A stretch of 64,000 nucleotides of DNA. Source: an uncultured Gemmatimonas sp. GTDB taxonomy: Bacteria > Gemmatimonadota > Gemmatimonadetes > Gemmatimonadales > Gemmatimonadaceae. The position numbers and the translations under genes are program-made. The stretch lies in assembly GCA_964498895.1 (NCBI GenBank), contig CAZCIM010000003.1, forward strand, positions 9,186 to 73,185, written 5' to 3'. The notes under the pieces were generated by a model. It had not been told where the DNA came from, searched no databases, and worked only from the letters and a program-made list of their open reading frames with translations. Shown here piece by piece: positions 1 to 8,719 of this stretch (position 1 is the first letter of the stretch; every line of letters begins with the position of its first letter).

Positions 1-380
1 GGCAGCCGGAACTCGCGGGCGGACTCCCGGCGCTCCGTGACGATACGCCCGAGCCACACGGCCCGTTGGCGCTCGCCGATCACGCTGCTCGTGAGCGCGG
101 TCGCCTCGCGCGCCTCGAGCTGGAAGCGGCTGGGGCCGCCGGCGGAATCGGCGTTGAGCAGGAAGGTGCGGCGGCGGTCACCGGCCAGCACGTTGGCCTG
201 CGCCACGAAGGTCTGGCCGGCCACCGCCGACCGCGAGGTGCGAATGCTGAAGTCCTCGCGGCCCACGCGGGTGCCGGCGACGCTGTGCGTGAACGTGCCT
301 TCGTCGAGCACGGAGACCTGCGCCGCCGCGGAGGCGCCGGAGAGGCCGAGCAGCAGCGCGAGCAGGGCGATGCGGGACAT
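1..380 (-). CDS. Secreted hypothetical protein (runs off the window start)
   Basis: Not in the ORF track. ATG at 380 (minus) gives MSRIALLALLLGLSGASAAAQVSVLDEGTFTH..., a Sec signal peptide, and the frame appears open to base 1; TAGATT lies 7 nt upstream. Confidence 0.7.
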   Translation of the reverse strand, partial: MSRIALLALLLGLSGASAAAQVSVLDEGTFTHSVAGTRVGREDFSIRTSRSAVAGQTFVAQANVLAGDRRRTFLLNADSAGGPSRFQLEAREATALTSSVIGERQRAVWLGRIVTERRESAREFRL

Positions 381-424
381 CCCGAGAAATCTAGCGGACG
401 GCTGACCGCGGCCCGACGGGCGGG

Positions 425-430
425 TATAAT
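425..430 (+). promoter_or_regulatory. -10 box TATAAT, 6 nt before the GTG of the kinase (probable leaderless promoter)
   Basis: Perfect TATAAT in high-GC DNA; no Shine-Dalgarno between it and GTG 437. Confidence 0.6.
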
Positions 431-436
431 CCCCGC

Positions 437-3400
437 GTGTCCCATGTCGCCCTGACCTCCGACGCCGCTACGCGCCCGCCCCGTCGGCGGGGGTTGGGTG
501 AGCCCTGGCTGTGGGCAGCGGCTGCGGTCACGGTCGGGGCCACGTGGTGGCTACGGCAGCCGGCATTGTGGCTCGCCGTGGCGATGGGTGCCACGCTGGC
601 CGTGCTCACGGGTCGGTTGTGGGCGGAACGGCACATGGCCTTCGTGCGGCGGCTGGGTTTTGCGGTCGCTGGCCTGACGTTCTTCGCCGCGGCTGCCGCG
701 TACCACGTGCAGTTGGCGCGCATCGACCGCGACAGCGACCGACTGCGTGCCGCGATGGCGAGCGACGCGTCGGCCGCGCTCGCCGCTGCGGTGGCCGACG
801 AGGGGCGACAGCTCCGGCGCCTCGCGGAGGCCGCCTTGGGCGCCCCCAACGACCGCGAGGCCGCCTTCACCTCGCTTGGCGCCCTCGTGCCCGCCGAGGG
901 TGAGCGCGCCGTGGTCCTCGCGCGCAACGGGCGTGCCGTCGCGTGGAGCGGACGCCTGCTGGTGAGCTTGGACTCCCTGCCGGCGCGCAGCGGGTTCCTC
1001 GCGACGCCGTTTTATCTGGTCGCCTACGCGGTGGCCGAGCGCGGCCCGCTCGCGGCGGTGGCGACCAGCGTGATCCACGCCGAGCCACCGGCCGATGCGC
1101 TGACGAAGTCATTGGCCGCGCGCGTGGCGGCGGCGGAGGGCGTCCTCGGCTTCACGTACGCCGCGCCCGCGGCCGCGCAGACGGTGGAGGACGCGGCGCT
1201 GCTCGGGCTCGAGGGCCCCGCGCTGCTGGCGGCGCGAGCGACGGCGCCGAGCGCGGAAGCCATCCGCGATGGGCTGCGGACGGAGATGCTGCCGTGGGCG
1301 GCGTCCGCGCTCGCGGTGATGGTGCTCTGTCTGTTGGCGCTCGCGTGGCGCCGCGATCTCGGGCTGCGTCCGCGCTTTTTGGCGCTGGCGGCGGGTCTCG
1401 CCGTCCCGACGTTACTGCCACTCAGTGCGCTCTCGAACATCAGTCCGTGGTTCGACCCGACCATCTATCTGGTACGCTCGGGCGGGCGGTTCACCGCGAA
1501 CGCGGCGGCGTTGGCCATCACCTCGGCGCTGCTGCTGCTCGCCCTACTGACCCTGCGGCGTGCGCGCCCGCGGCTGATGTCGAGGGCGCAAGGCATCATC
1601 GCGGTGATTGCGATTGCCGGGCTGGGTCCGTTCCTGCTGCGCGAACTGGCCGGCGGCGTGCAGGTGCCGGCGGTGGGCGTGCCTGTGGGCCTCTGGCTCT
1701 CGTGGCAGGTCACGCTGTTCCTGGCCTCGGTGACCCTGCTGTTGCTTGGCGTGAGTGCGGGCCAAAGCGCGCTGGGCCGCGATCGCGGCCTCCCGCTCTG
1801 GAGCGCGCCGGCGCTGGCGGTGCTGGCATCGGTGCTGGCGCCCGTACTGTTGGATGCGCCGGGGCGATTCCCGCAGCCATACACCGCACTGTGGGCGGCG
1901 GCGATCGCCGCATTGGCGGTCACGCGGCGGGCACGGGCCATCGTGATTCCCGTGGCCATCGTCGCCGCCTGCGGGGCGACGACGCTCACGTGGTTCTCCG
2001 CCGTGCGGCAGCGCGTGACCTTGGCCGTGCGCGACGTGCAGGGGTTGGATCGGCCGGACACGGACCGCGCGGTCCTGCTGGACCGGTTCACGGAGGCCGT
2101 GGATCCCACACGGGCCGCGCGGTCGCGCGTCGAGCTGCTGGCCCAATTGGCGCGCACGGAGCTCGCGCGCGCGGGCTATCCCACCGAGCTCGCGACTTGG
2201 AGTCGCGAGGGCGAGCTGCTGACCGAACTCTCCGTGGGCCAGCCGGCTGGCGTGACACCGGGCGTGAACCTGGTGGCAGCCGAGGCGCAGCTGCGCATGA
2301 CGCCGCTGCTCAGCGAGGTGCAGGGCAACCCGGGGCTGCATCTGGTGCTGGCGTTGCCGCACGCGGACGGGAGTGCGACGACCGTGGTCGTGGCGCCGCG
2401 CTCGCGGCTCGTGGCGCAGGATCCCTTTGGCGCGTTGCTCGGCTTCTCCCCGCCGCCGGCGCCGGAGCCGCCGTACGAACTGCGGATCGGCGATGAGAAC
2501 CCAATGGAGTCCGCGCCGGATATCCGCGGTCGTGGTGCGTGGACGCGCATCGGCGACGAACTCCATGGCGACTGGCAGTTCGTCGGTGGCGGCGGCCTGC
2601 GGCGGCGCCTGCACGCCGTGGTCGAGCTGCGCAGCTTCGGCGCCCTCGTCACGCGCGGCGTCCTGCTGGTGCTCGTGGATCTCGCGGTCCTCGCGGCGAT
2701 CTGGTTGCTGATCGTCGTGGCCGAGGGCGCGCTCCCACGTTGGTGGCGGCAGCGGCGCCGGGAGCTGCTCGGGAGTTATCGCACGCGGCTGTCGGCGACG
2801 CTCTTCGCCTGTTTCCTCGTGCCCTCGCTGCTGTTCGGCCTGTGGTCGTTCCGCCGCCTGAATGCCGATGACGTGCAGGCGCGCGACTTGCTCGTCCGCG
2901 AGACGCTGCGCGCGGTGTCGGTGTCCACGGAGTCCGTGGAGTTGGCGCAGGCGGCGCAGCGCTTCGAGACACCGCTGTGGCTCTACGCCGATGGCTTGCT
3001 CGTGGGCACCAGCGATCCCTTGCTCGATGCCTTGGCACCGGTGGGGCGCACACTGCCGCCGCCGGTGGTGGACGCCTTCTCGGAGCAGGACGAAGTGCAC
3101 ACGGGTGGGCCAGCGCAGGTGGGGCCTGCCAACGTGCGACTCGGCTATCGCAGCGCGATGGATTCGCTGGGGGTGCAGTACGTGCTCGCGGCGCCGGCAC
3201 GACTCGACGATCGCTTGCTCGACCGCCGGCGCAACGATCTTGCGGTCTTCCTGCTCTTTGCCTTGGCGCTGGGCGCGCTGGCCGCGCTCTGGGTGAGCGG
3301 TGCGGCGTCGCGGCAGCTGTCGCGGCCGATCCGCGAACTGCGCGACGCCGCGCTGGCGCTCGCGCGCGGCGCCGCTGCGCCGCCGCTCCGCGACGATCCG

Positions 3401-4525
3401 CCGGTGGAGTTCGATCCGGTGTTCCGTGCGTTCCGCACCATGACCACCGACCTCGCGGAGAGTCGCGCCGCGTTGGAGACCGCCGAGCGGCGGCTCGCGG
3501 CGACGCTGCGGAGCGTGGCCTCCGGCGTGCTGGCCGTGGACGAGAGCGATCGCCTGACCTTCGTGAATCCCACGGCCGAGGCAGTGCTGGGCGTGCCGCT
3601 GCCGGTGGGCGGGGCACTGCCGCCCGTGGTGCAGGCCCTGCTGGGCACGCGGCTCGAGGAGTTCCGCGCGGACTCGCGCGACGACGGCGCGTTCGAGATC
3701 GAACACCAAGGCCGTCGCCTCAGCGTGCGCTTCACGCGACTCGCGCCGGGGACGCGACGCGCCGTCGTGACGCTCGAGGACGTGACCGACGTGGCGCGCG
3801 CCGAGCGCGTGCTGGCCTGGGGCGAAATGGCGCGGCAGGTGGCGCACGAGATCAAGAATCCGCTCACGCCCATGCGCTTGGGCATGCAGCACCTGCGGCG
3901 CGCGCGGAACGACAGCCGCGTGGATTTTGACCGCGTGCTCGAGGAGAACTCGGCGCGGATCCTCGCGGAGATCGACCGCCTGGACGAGATCGCGCGGGCG
4001 TTCAGTCGGTATGGCACGGCCCCGGAGCGCGACTTGCCGCCTGAAGCCGTGGACGTGGCGGCCGTGGCGCGCGATGTGCTGGAGCTTGAGCGCATGGGGC
4101 AGGCCGATGTGGAGTGGGTCGGCGAGATCCCTGACGCGCCGGTGCTCGCGGCCGCTCGCGGGCGTGAACTGCGCGAGGTGCTGCTCAACCTGCTGGAGAA
4201 CGCGCGTTTGGCCGGTGCACAGCGCGTGTTGCTCCGCGTGTCGGCGGTGGACGGTGGGGCGCTGCTCGAGGTGCACGACGATGGAAGCGGCATTCCGGAG
4301 CACCTGCTCACGCGCATCTTCGATCCGCACTTCTCGACGCGCACCAGCGGCAGCGGCCTAGGCCTCGCCATCAGCCGGCGCCTGATCGATGGCTGGGGCG
4401 GGCAGATCGAGGCGGCGAACGGCGCGCCCGCGAACGGCGCGACCGCGAACGGCGCGGCGACGCTCGATGCCGCCGGCCGCGGCGCGGTGCTGCGCGTCCG
4501 ATTGGCTCCGCCACCCCGCGGCTGA
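437..4525 (+). CDS. Large multi-TM sensor histidine kinase (NtrY-like; HAMP-PAS-HisKA-HATPase)
   Basis: H-box AWGEMARQVAHEIKNPLTP, N-box NLLENA, DDGSGI, FSTRTSGSGLGL; many TM segments. Confidence 0.9.
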   Translation: MSHVALTSDAATRPPRRRGLGEPWLWAAAAVTVGATWWLRQPALWLAVAMGATLAVLTGRLWAERHMAFVRRLGFAVAGLTFFAAAAAYHVQLARIDRDSDRLRAAMASDASAALAAAVADEGRQLRRLAEAALGAPNDREAAFTSLGALVPAEGERAVVLARNGRAVAWSGRLLVSLDSLPARSGFLATPFYLVAYAVAERGPLAAVATSVIHAEPPADALTKSLAARVAAAEGVLGFTYAAPAAAQTVEDAALLGLEGPALLAARATAPSAEAIRDGLRTEMLPWAASALAVMVLCLLALAWRRDLGLRPRFLALAAGLAVPTLLPLSALSNISPWFDPTIYLVRSGGRFTANAAALAITSALLLLALLTLRRARPRLMSRAQGIIAVIAIAGLGPFLLRELAGGVQVPAVGVPVGLWLSWQVTLFLASVTLLLLGVSAGQSALGRDRGLPLWSAPALAVLASVLAPVLLDAPGRFPQPYTALWAAAIAALAVTRRARAIVIPVAIVAACGATTLTWFSAVRQRVTLAVRDVQGLDRPDTDRAVLLDRFTEAVDPTRAARSRVELLAQLARTELARAGYPTELATWSREGELLTELSVGQPAGVTPGVNLVAAEAQLRMTPLLSEVQGNPGLHLVLALPHADGSATTVVVAPRSRLVAQDPFGALLGFSPPPAPEPPYELRIGDENPMESAPDIRGRGAWTRIGDELHGDWQFVGGGGLRRRLHAVVELRSFGALVTRGVLLVLVDLAVLAAIWLLIVVAEGALPRWWRQRRRELLGSYRTRLSATLFACFLVPSLLFGLWSFRRLNADDVQARDLLVRETLRAVSVSTESVELAQAAQRFETPLWLYADGLLVGTSDPLLDALAPVGRTLPPPVVDAFSEQDEVHTGGPAQVGPANVRLGYRSAMDSLGVQYVLAAPARLDDRLLDRRRNDLAVFLLFALALGALAALWVSGAASRQLSRPIRELRDAALALARGAAAPPLRDDPPVEFDPVFRAFRTMTTDLAESRAALETAERRLAATLRSVASGVLAVDESDRLTFVNPTAEAVLGVPLPVGGALPPVVQALLGTRLEEFRADSRDDGAFEIEHQGRRLSVRFTRLAPGTRRAVVTLEDVTDVARAERVLAWGEMARQVAHEIKNPLTPMRLGMQHLRRARNDSRVDFDRVLEENSARILAEIDRLDEIARAFSRYGTAPERDLPPEAVDVAAVARDVLELERMGQADVEWVGEIPDAPVLAAARGRELREVLLNLLENARLAGAQRVLLRVSAVDGGALLEVHDDGSGIPEHLLTRIFDPHFSTRTSGSGLGLAISRRLIDGWGGQIEAANGAPANGATANGAATLDAAGRGAVLRVRLAPPPRG
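4415..4459 (+). repeat. 3 x 15-bp in-frame tandem repeat (ANGAP/ANGAT/ANGAA)
   Basis: GCGAACGGCGCG-CCC, -ACC, -GCG seen consecutively. Confidence 0.8.
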
Positions 4526-4541
4526 GTATCTTGCGAGCGCG

Positions 4542-6314
4542 ATGCACACCAGCGAAACCGCGCTCCCGAACCGTCACAGCACCGGCATCCCGCCGCACTT
4601 GGCGGACTGGCAGCTCCCGCCGGATTGGCGCTGGGGCGCGGGCGGCGTGTACACGCCGTATCGCTACGCGCACGAGGTGATCGATTCGCTCGGACGCTCG
4701 CTGGCGTTGGTGACGGCGCCGGATCCGTCGCATCACGCGTGGCTGTTCCACGAGGCGCGGCATTTGGCGCTGCGGAATCATCCGAGCATCCCGACGACGT
4801 ATCACTTTTGGCAGCAGCATCCGGGCAGCCGTCGCGGGCCCGGGTACCTGCGCCGCTGGATCACCGGCGAGACGATCCTCCAGCGCCTGCGCCGCACGGC
4901 CGAGCGCGAGACGGTGCCGTTCACGCTGCGCATGCTGCGCGCTATCGGTTCGACGCTGGCGTATCTCCACGACTCGGGCGGTCAGCACGGCGCGATCTCA
5001 CCGGGCAGCGTGTACTTCACGCCAACGGGTCGCGTCTGGTTGCTTGGTTGGCAGTGGGCGGTGCCGCCAGAGGAGCGCCCCGCGGGCATCGCGCCGGATC
5101 CGAGTTGGTGCCCATACGCCCCCGAATGGCGCGGCGAATGGCGTCCGAGCCCGGCCGCGGACCAATGGCAGCTGGGTGCCTTGGCTTTCGCGCTGCTCAC
5201 GGGGGAGATTCCGGTGGCCGGCGGCACGCCACCCATCCGCTTGGCGCGGCCGGACACTCCGGCCACCGTCGCGGATCTGGTGGATCAGATGCTCGCCGAG
5301 CGGCCGGCGGATCGGTTCTCGTCGATCGCCGGCATGCTGCGCCGGATCGAGCGCATCAGCGGCACGGCGTCGCTGGCGTTCCCCGGGGCGGAGCAGGCCA
5401 GCGGCGAACACACGGCGGTGAGCGAGGAAGACCGCCTGCGCTGGGCCACCGGCGACGACTACGAAGTGCTGTCGCCGCTGGGGCAGGGCACCTACGGCTC
5501 GGTGTGGCGCGTGCGCGATCTCTCGCTCGAGCGCGAAGTGGCGCTCAAGATGTTGCATCCCACCGTGGCCAGGAATGCGACGGCGGTGGGGCGTTTCCGG
5601 CGCGAGGCGCAGCTCGCGGCGCAGCTGCAGCATCCGGCGATCGTGCCGATCTTCGCCTGGGACAACAAGGGCGACGTGAACTGGTACATCATGGAGCTCG
5701 AGGAAGAGGGCTCCGTGGCGGATCTCATCGCGCGCAGCGGTCCGCGGCCGTTCGCCGAGATCGCGCCGCAGGTGGACGCCGTGCTCGACGGCCTCGCTGT
5801 CGCGCATCAGGCGGGCATCATCCACCGAGATCTCAAGCCGGAGAACATCCTCATCGACCGCTATCGGCGCTGGCGCATCGCGGACTTCGGCATCGCAAAC
5901 GCGCTGGGCTCGCAGACGGCTGGGGCTTCGGGCACGCCGAACTTCGCGGCGCCGGAGCAGTTGCTCGGGGAAGAGCAGGGGGTGGCGACGGACCTCTTTG
6001 CCGTGGCGGGCATCGTGATCTTCGCGCTCACGGGCAAGGTGCCGTTTGAAGGCGGGGAGAGTCGCGCGATCCTCGCGGCGCAGCTGGCGGGGCGCGTGGA
6101 CTTGAGCGGTTTTCCGGACGACCTCGCGGACTGGCTGCGCCGCGCGCTGAATCCCGATCCGCAGCGACGCTTCCGCGACGCGGAGACGATGCGCGCGGCC
6201 TGGCGCGATGTGGTGCGGCGCGTGACGCGCGAGGAGCGGCGGGCGAACTCTGGGCTCGGCCGCGTGCTCAAGCAACTCGCCGCGCTGTTCCGCGACCGCC
6301 CGCGCGCCAACTGA
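4542..6314 (+). CDS. Ser/Thr protein kinase with N-terminal degenerate kinase-like domain
   Basis: C-terminal domain has LGQGTYGSV, VALK, HRDLKPEN, DFG, GTPNFAAPE; N-terminal domain has LAYLH..HGAISPGS and YAPE. ATG at 4542 chosen as start. Confidence 0.9.
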   Translation: MHTSETALPNRHSTGIPPHLADWQLPPDWRWGAGGVYTPYRYAHEVIDSLGRSLALVTAPDPSHHAWLFHEARHLALRNHPSIPTTYHFWQQHPGSRRGPGYLRRWITGETILQRLRRTAERETVPFTLRMLRAIGSTLAYLHDSGGQHGAISPGSVYFTPTGRVWLLGWQWAVPPEERPAGIAPDPSWCPYAPEWRGEWRPSPAADQWQLGALAFALLTGEIPVAGGTPPIRLARPDTPATVADLVDQMLAERPADRFSSIAGMLRRIERISGTASLAFPGAEQASGEHTAVSEEDRLRWATGDDYEVLSPLGQGTYGSVWRVRDLSLEREVALKMLHPTVARNATAVGRFRREAQLAAQLQHPAIVPIFAWDNKGDVNWYIMELEEEGSVADLIARSGPRPFAEIAPQVDAVLDGLAVAHQAGIIHRDLKPENILIDRYRRWRIADFGIANALGSQTAGASGTPNFAAPEQLLGEEQGVATDLFAVAGIVIFALTGKVPFEGGESRAILAAQLAGRVDLSGFPDDLADWLRRALNPDPQRRFRDAETMRAAWRDVVRRVTREERRANSGLGRVLKQLAALFRDRPRAN

Positions 6315-6333
6315 CGCCGGGCGCGGCCCGACG

Positions 6334-8625
6334 TCAGGTCGCGTCGAGGGCGTCGCGCACGGCCTGGAGCACTTCGCGCGCCGTGAAGGGCTTCTGCAAG
6401 AAGGCGTAGCGCGCGGCACCGAGGTCGGCGCGGAGCGCCGCATCGTCCGTGTAGCCCGACATCAAGACGACGCGAATCTCCGGCCGCAGCGCGCTCAGGC
6501 GCTGCACGAGCTCCTTGCCGCCGACGCCGGGCATCATCACGTCGCTGAGCAGGAGGTGGATCTGCCGCGAGTCGGCATCGGCCAGACGCAGGGCCTCGCC
6601 GCCGTGCGCCGCTTCGAGCACGTCGTAGCCGGCGGCGCGGAGGATGCGTCCCAGCGCCGAGCGAATGGCCGGCTCGTCTTCGGCGAGGAGGATGCGCTCC
6701 GAGCCACCGGCGACATCGATGCCGCGCACGGGTGACGAACGCCGCGGCCGCGACTCGCCGCCGGTGGAGATCGGGAGCGTGACGAGGAATACCGAACCCT
6801 TGCCGACCTCGCTGGTCACCTCGATGCGGCCACCCGCCTCGTGGATGATCGTGTAGGTCGTGGCGAGGCCGAGGCCGGTGCCGCGGCCGGCGGGTTTGGT
6901 GGTGAAGAAGGGTTCGAAGAGCCGCTCCAGCACCTCCGGCGTCATGCCGGTGCCGTTGTCCGCGACTTCGAGCAGCGCCGTCTCGCGCCCGGACTCATCC
7001 GGCGTGCCCGGCCGCGTCTGGATGCGCAGGCGTCCGCCCTCAGGCATGGCGTCCACCGCATTGATGGCGAGGTTCATCACCACCTGCTCGAGCTGGCCGG
7101 CATCGATGCGCGCCACCAGCGGCGCGTCCGAGAGGTCGAGCGTGAGTTCGACGTTCGGCGGCACCAGGCGGCGCAGGATGAGCTGCATGCCGAGGATCAC
7201 TTCGCGCAGGTTCACGTCGCGCGGGATGATGACGTCGCGGCGCGCGAAGGCCAGCAGCTGGCGCGCGAGCGCGGCCGCGCGATCGGCGGCGGCGCGGATG
7301 GCGTCCACCTCCTCGCGGCCCTGTCCGCGCTCCTCCAACTCGAAGCTCAGCACCTCGGCGTAGCTCTGGATGACCGTGAGCACATTGTTGAAGTCGTGTG
7401 CGATGCCGCCGGCGAGGCGGCCCACGGCCTCGAGCTTCTGCGCCTGGCGCAGTTGCTGCTCGGTGCGGTGCTGTTCGGTCACGTCCTGCACGATGCAGCC
7501 CGCACCGCTCACGGCGCCGCGATGCCCGGGGATCGGGTAGTACGTGACCAGCCAGCGCCGCGGAACGGTGGGGTTCGCCGCCGTGGTGCCTTCGATGAGC
7601 ACGTTCTCGACGGGCGCGCCGGTGGTGAGTACTCGATCCAGCAACGGGCTCACCGTCGGGGCCAGCGCGGGGATCATCTCCTCGATGGTCCTGCCGATGT
7701 GCGCGGCCGCCGGCGCCCCGTTGATGTCCGCCAGCGCGCGATTGATGCGTTGGAAGCGCTGGCGGCGATCGTAGAACGCGATGCCGTAGGGCGAGCTCTC
7801 GATGGCCGAGTCGAGGAAGCGCGAGGTCTCCTCGAGCAACGCGAGGGTGGAGTCACGCTCGGCGACCTTCTCCTCGAGCATCGCCGTCTGCTCCTCGAGC
7901 TGGCCGGCCTGTTCCTCGAGGGCCTGCGTCTGGAGTTCGAGCTCGGCGGCTTGCTCTTCAATCGTAAACTGCCGCGCGGCCGCCATCTCGGCCTTGGCGC
8001 GCATGCCCGCCGTGAGGCGCTGGATGGCGACGAAGGCCAGGCCCAAGGCGGCCAAGATGGTCACGACGCTCGACCACAGGATCACCGCCTCGCGGCGGAA
8101 GCGGTCGAGGCGCAGCTGCCGCACGTCGGCCACCAGCGCCTCGAACGGATGCGCCATGCGATCGAAGGCGCGGCTTCCCTCGTAGGCGAGCTGTCGCGTG
8201 ATGGGCGTACCGTCCAACGCGGGCCGAACAAAAGTGCGCTCCCAGTGCTCGAGGCCGACGACGATGCTGTCCACGAGGGCCACGAGTTCGGGGCGATCCG
8301 CCACGGAGTCGCGGAGCGCGCGGAGCGTCCTGCGCGCGGAGTCGGTGGCGACGTTCGCTCGCTGGGTCGCCGCGCTGTCAGGGGCCGGATTCAAATAGAT
8401 GGCCCGCACCGCGGCCTCCGTGCTCCACACCTCTTCTTGCGCGGCTGTCGCCAGCCAGAGCACGTTGCCCGAATGGATGACCCGCGCGGTGTTGACGCGC
8501 TCCAGCGAGAACGCCGCGATGACGATGGCGACGATCATCCCGACCGCGAGACTGGCCGTGCGCTGCCAGCGGCCGAGCTCCTGCACCAACTGGTCGGACG
8601 AGATGTCGTGGGCCGGTGTCGTCAT
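6334..8625 (-). CDS. Hybrid sensor histidine kinase (periplasmic sensor, PAS, HisKA, HATPase, receiver)
   Basis: LAGGIAHDFNN, NAVDAM, FFTTKPAGRGTGLGL, receiver LLAEDE..SDVMMP..QKPF; start MTTPAHD at 8625. Confidence 0.9.
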   Translation of the reverse strand: MTTPAHDISSDQLVQELGRWQRTASLAVGMIVAIVIAAFSLERVNTARVIHSGNVLWLATAAQEEVWSTEAAVRAIYLNPAPDSAATQRANVATDSARRTLRALRDSVADRPELVALVDSIVVGLEHWERTFVRPALDGTPITRQLAYEGSRAFDRMAHPFEALVADVRQLRLDRFRREAVILWSSVVTILAALGLAFVAIQRLTAGMRAKAEMAAARQFTIEEQAAELELQTQALEEQAGQLEEQTAMLEEKVAERDSTLALLEETSRFLDSAIESSPYGIAFYDRRQRFQRINRALADINGAPAAAHIGRTIEEMIPALAPTVSPLLDRVLTTGAPVENVLIEGTTAANPTVPRRWLVTYYPIPGHRGAVSGAGCIVQDVTEQHRTEQQLRQAQKLEAVGRLAGGIAHDFNNVLTVIQSYAEVLSFELEERGQGREEVDAIRAAADRAAALARQLLAFARRDVIIPRDVNLREVILGMQLILRRLVPPNVELTLDLSDAPLVARIDAGQLEQVVMNLAINAVDAMPEGGRLRIQTRPGTPDESGRETALLEVADNGTGMTPEVLERLFEPFFTTKPAGRGTGLGLATTYTIIHEAGGRIEVTSEVGKGSVFLVTLPISTGGESRPRRSSPVRGIDVAGGSERILLAEDEPAIRSALGRILRAAGYDVLEAAHGGEALRLADADSRQIHLLLSDVMMPGVGGKELVQRLSALRPEIRVVLMSGYTDDAALRADLGAARYAFLQKPFTAREVLQAVRDALDAT

Positions 8626-8719
8626 GCTCGGGCACGCAAACAGGGTCTCGCGCATTGTGCCGGTTGGTCGGCCCAGTGTCAACCAGCCGACGGCCTTCTT
8701 TGCCGCGTTAATCTCCGAT

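Noticed and set aside
1544-4330. 928-aa minus-strand ORF and similar long ORFs (14876-17581, 6841-8820, 13247-14839, 17594-19012, 25517-27346)
   Set aside because: Antisense shadows of well-supported genes; expected in high-GC DNA, with no motifs.
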